Part shown: positions 62,304-64,000 of the stretch, piece after piece
Numbering within the stretch: the first letter of the stretch is position 1
How the letters are laid out: every line of letters starts with the position of its first letter
Source of the DNA: Takakia lepidozioides
Lineage: Eukaryota > Plantae > Bryophyta
Direction of reading: 5' to 3'
DNA: 64,000 nucleotides
Assembly: GCA_030704615.1 (NCBI GenBank)
Contig: CM060732.1
Span: forward strand, 27,156,001-27,220,000
Program-made: the position numbers and the translations under genes
The notes under the pieces: model-generated
The model's database searches: none
Told to the model about the DNA's origin: nothing
What the model saw: the letters and a program-made list of their open reading frames with translations, nothing else

Positions 62304-63358
62304 GCTTTGAACGTCACCCCTTCCCTCTTTGCATGCTACGCACAGTGCATTGTCTCTAGTTTTGCACCAACTGCCAATGTGCTATTTCTATATCTATAGT
62401 ATACTATAAGTATCGTTTCTGAGTGTCCAGGGTGAAGCGAAAGGTCTTCGAAGTGACAGTCCCTCTCACTGAGTACGAGAAGTTCCGAGAGCGCCGGATT
62501 GCTGCCATAAAGGAGGTGGAAGCAACGTTCAAGCAGTCGATAGATGGGTGAGTTTAGTTCCTGACTTTGGATACCCACCCACTAAACTTGCGATTTGCCT
62601 TATCCTCTAACCTTCCTACAGCGATCAAAAGCTTCATAGCACAAATGGGGGCGAGTAGCTGCGACTTGTACAAACAGAGAGGCAAACAACATGCAGTGAG
62701 TGACGATTAGGTTTGACGAGGGTGTGTCATTAGGCGGGAGATGTCCGCCGTCATTCGTGGGCAAGCATTACATCTTGGTAGGGTGCGGCTGTGGTTCAGC
62801 GTAGGCTTAAGAGTATTAGGGTACGTATGCTTACATTTGTTTGTGATTGTTTGAGAAGGAGGTCATGGAGGTGTTTGTGCAGGCTTGCGGGAGCGAATCG
62901 CCCTCGCAAGCCACGCGCTCCGAAGGAAAAAGTAGGGATCAAGGTCCTGCAAGGCAAAGTGCCAGACTGAAGACGATGAAGACTACGATTCTGCATGAGG
63001 GCTCTTCTGAGGACGATGAGGACGATCCACTCCTCCCACGCCAGTGCGAGGCGAGTGCGTCGTCGGCGGATGCCACGGCAAGCCGAGGAGAACATGCCCA
63101 TGCTCATGTCGCAGGACAAAAACGCCCATCATCTACACTACGAACACCTTCTCCGTCTGTGAGTTATAGTTCTTCACAATGACCATGATTCTAATTATGT
63201 ATGTTTTTGGTAAAATCACGAAGAGATAGGGTATGTCTGTCAAGACAGGGAAGTTGGACAATGCAGGGGTCAGCCAAGGCACAATCACAAATGATTTCCA
63301 CTAGACAAGTTGAAGTGCCAAAGGCATGATGTCAGGCCAATGTAGACTTCAGGTGTGT

Positions 63359-63616
63359 TCAAATTCTTTGCCCCATGAAACCAACGTCCTGCCCGGTCTG
63401 TTTCCTAACACCATTCACATATGGTAGAGGGGTGTTACTGACACATGCCTCTTTGATGTACACACAGGCATAATCAAGGGGCACAACAGGGTACCCGTAA
63501 CCCACCACAGCACCTTGAAGAGCAACAATCAGCCCTACTCCACATTTCTTGCGTTTGGAGTTCACATCCAACAGCCGAACCTCGTCACCCACCCTGAACT
63601 GTGATCCCAACTCCAC
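63359..63616 (-). CDS. Fragment of a probable CACTA second-ORF (Tnp1/TnpA-like) protein
   Basis: VRLLD..GVGLIVALQGAVVGYGYPVVPLDYACVYIKEA..PLPY resembles the Tnp1/En-Spm domain. Same strand as, and upstream of, the transposase. Confidence 0.45.
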   Translation of the reverse strand: MELGSQFRVGDEVRLLDVNSKRKKCGVGLIVALQGAVVGYGYPVVPLDYACVYIKEACVSNTPLPYVNGVRKQTGQDVGFMGQRI

Positions 63617-64000
63617 ACAAAAAAGAACACGATGTGAAAACCCATGACATACACACGACTAGGACACTCAACATTTGCGAGTTAAAGTTAGCCCCAAGGT
63701 TGGAAAAAATATAACAGACAAGACAACGGCCTGGACTTACTCCATTTGCAGTCTCCAGTGGTGGTGAGACCTCTTTTGGGGGCTACTCGCCGGGTCGACA
63801 CTTTTGCCCCTCGTCTGTACCGGCTTGTCGACAATATCACCTCTGTTTGGCACAAGTTCCTGTGTCACAGACCAGAGATCAACCAGGAAAGCAATGAGCA
63901 AACATGAATAGTGAATAGAAACAAAATCCAAGTATGAATAAAACAAAAAAAGCCAACATGAAAAGCTGCAAAGAAAACCTAGCATTAATCAAGCAACCGA

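Larger units (their letters stand above)
52710..64000 (-). mobile_element. CACTA (En/Spm) transposon; the other terminus lies beyond the window
   Basis: CACTACAAGA terminus at 52710, exactly where the hAT reading frame loses homology. Subterminal atgact/agtcat repeats at 52750-52975. Tnp2-type transposase on the minus strand points toward this end. Confidence 0.85.

Overview
Eukaryotic, intron-rich land-plant DNA, most consistent with a non-seed plant such as a bryophyte (inferred from the presence of PAN3 and a Tf1/sushi-type gag). Positions 1-48.2 kb are gene-rich. I reconstructed exons by hand for seven genes: PAN3 (+, 5' end outside the window), an SHN/ERF003-like AP2/ERF factor (-), ATG5 (-), a TRM10 tRNA methyltransferase (+), a divergent, probably plastid-targeted DUF151+UVR (BBD-like) gene (-) that the ORF track largely misses, 26S proteasome RPT1 (+) and an NPF/PTR transporter (-). 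Positions 49.2-64 kb are a nest of transposons: a TA-flanked MITE, then a hAT element whose transposase is cut by a CACTA element, which in turn contains an LTR/gag fragment. Highlights: (1) a duplicated ~190-bp module in ATG5 intron 1; each copy has a branch point, an acceptor, an in-frame stop-free mini-exon and a second donor that would include a stop codon, followed by a conserved, foldable block; (2) an LTR whose primer-binding site is complementary to its own predicted transcript 5' end (Tf1-type self-priming), with a heat-shock-element array in U3; (3) a stop-free, 3n-length GC-AG intron in PAN3. All calls come from manual reading; no database searches were run.
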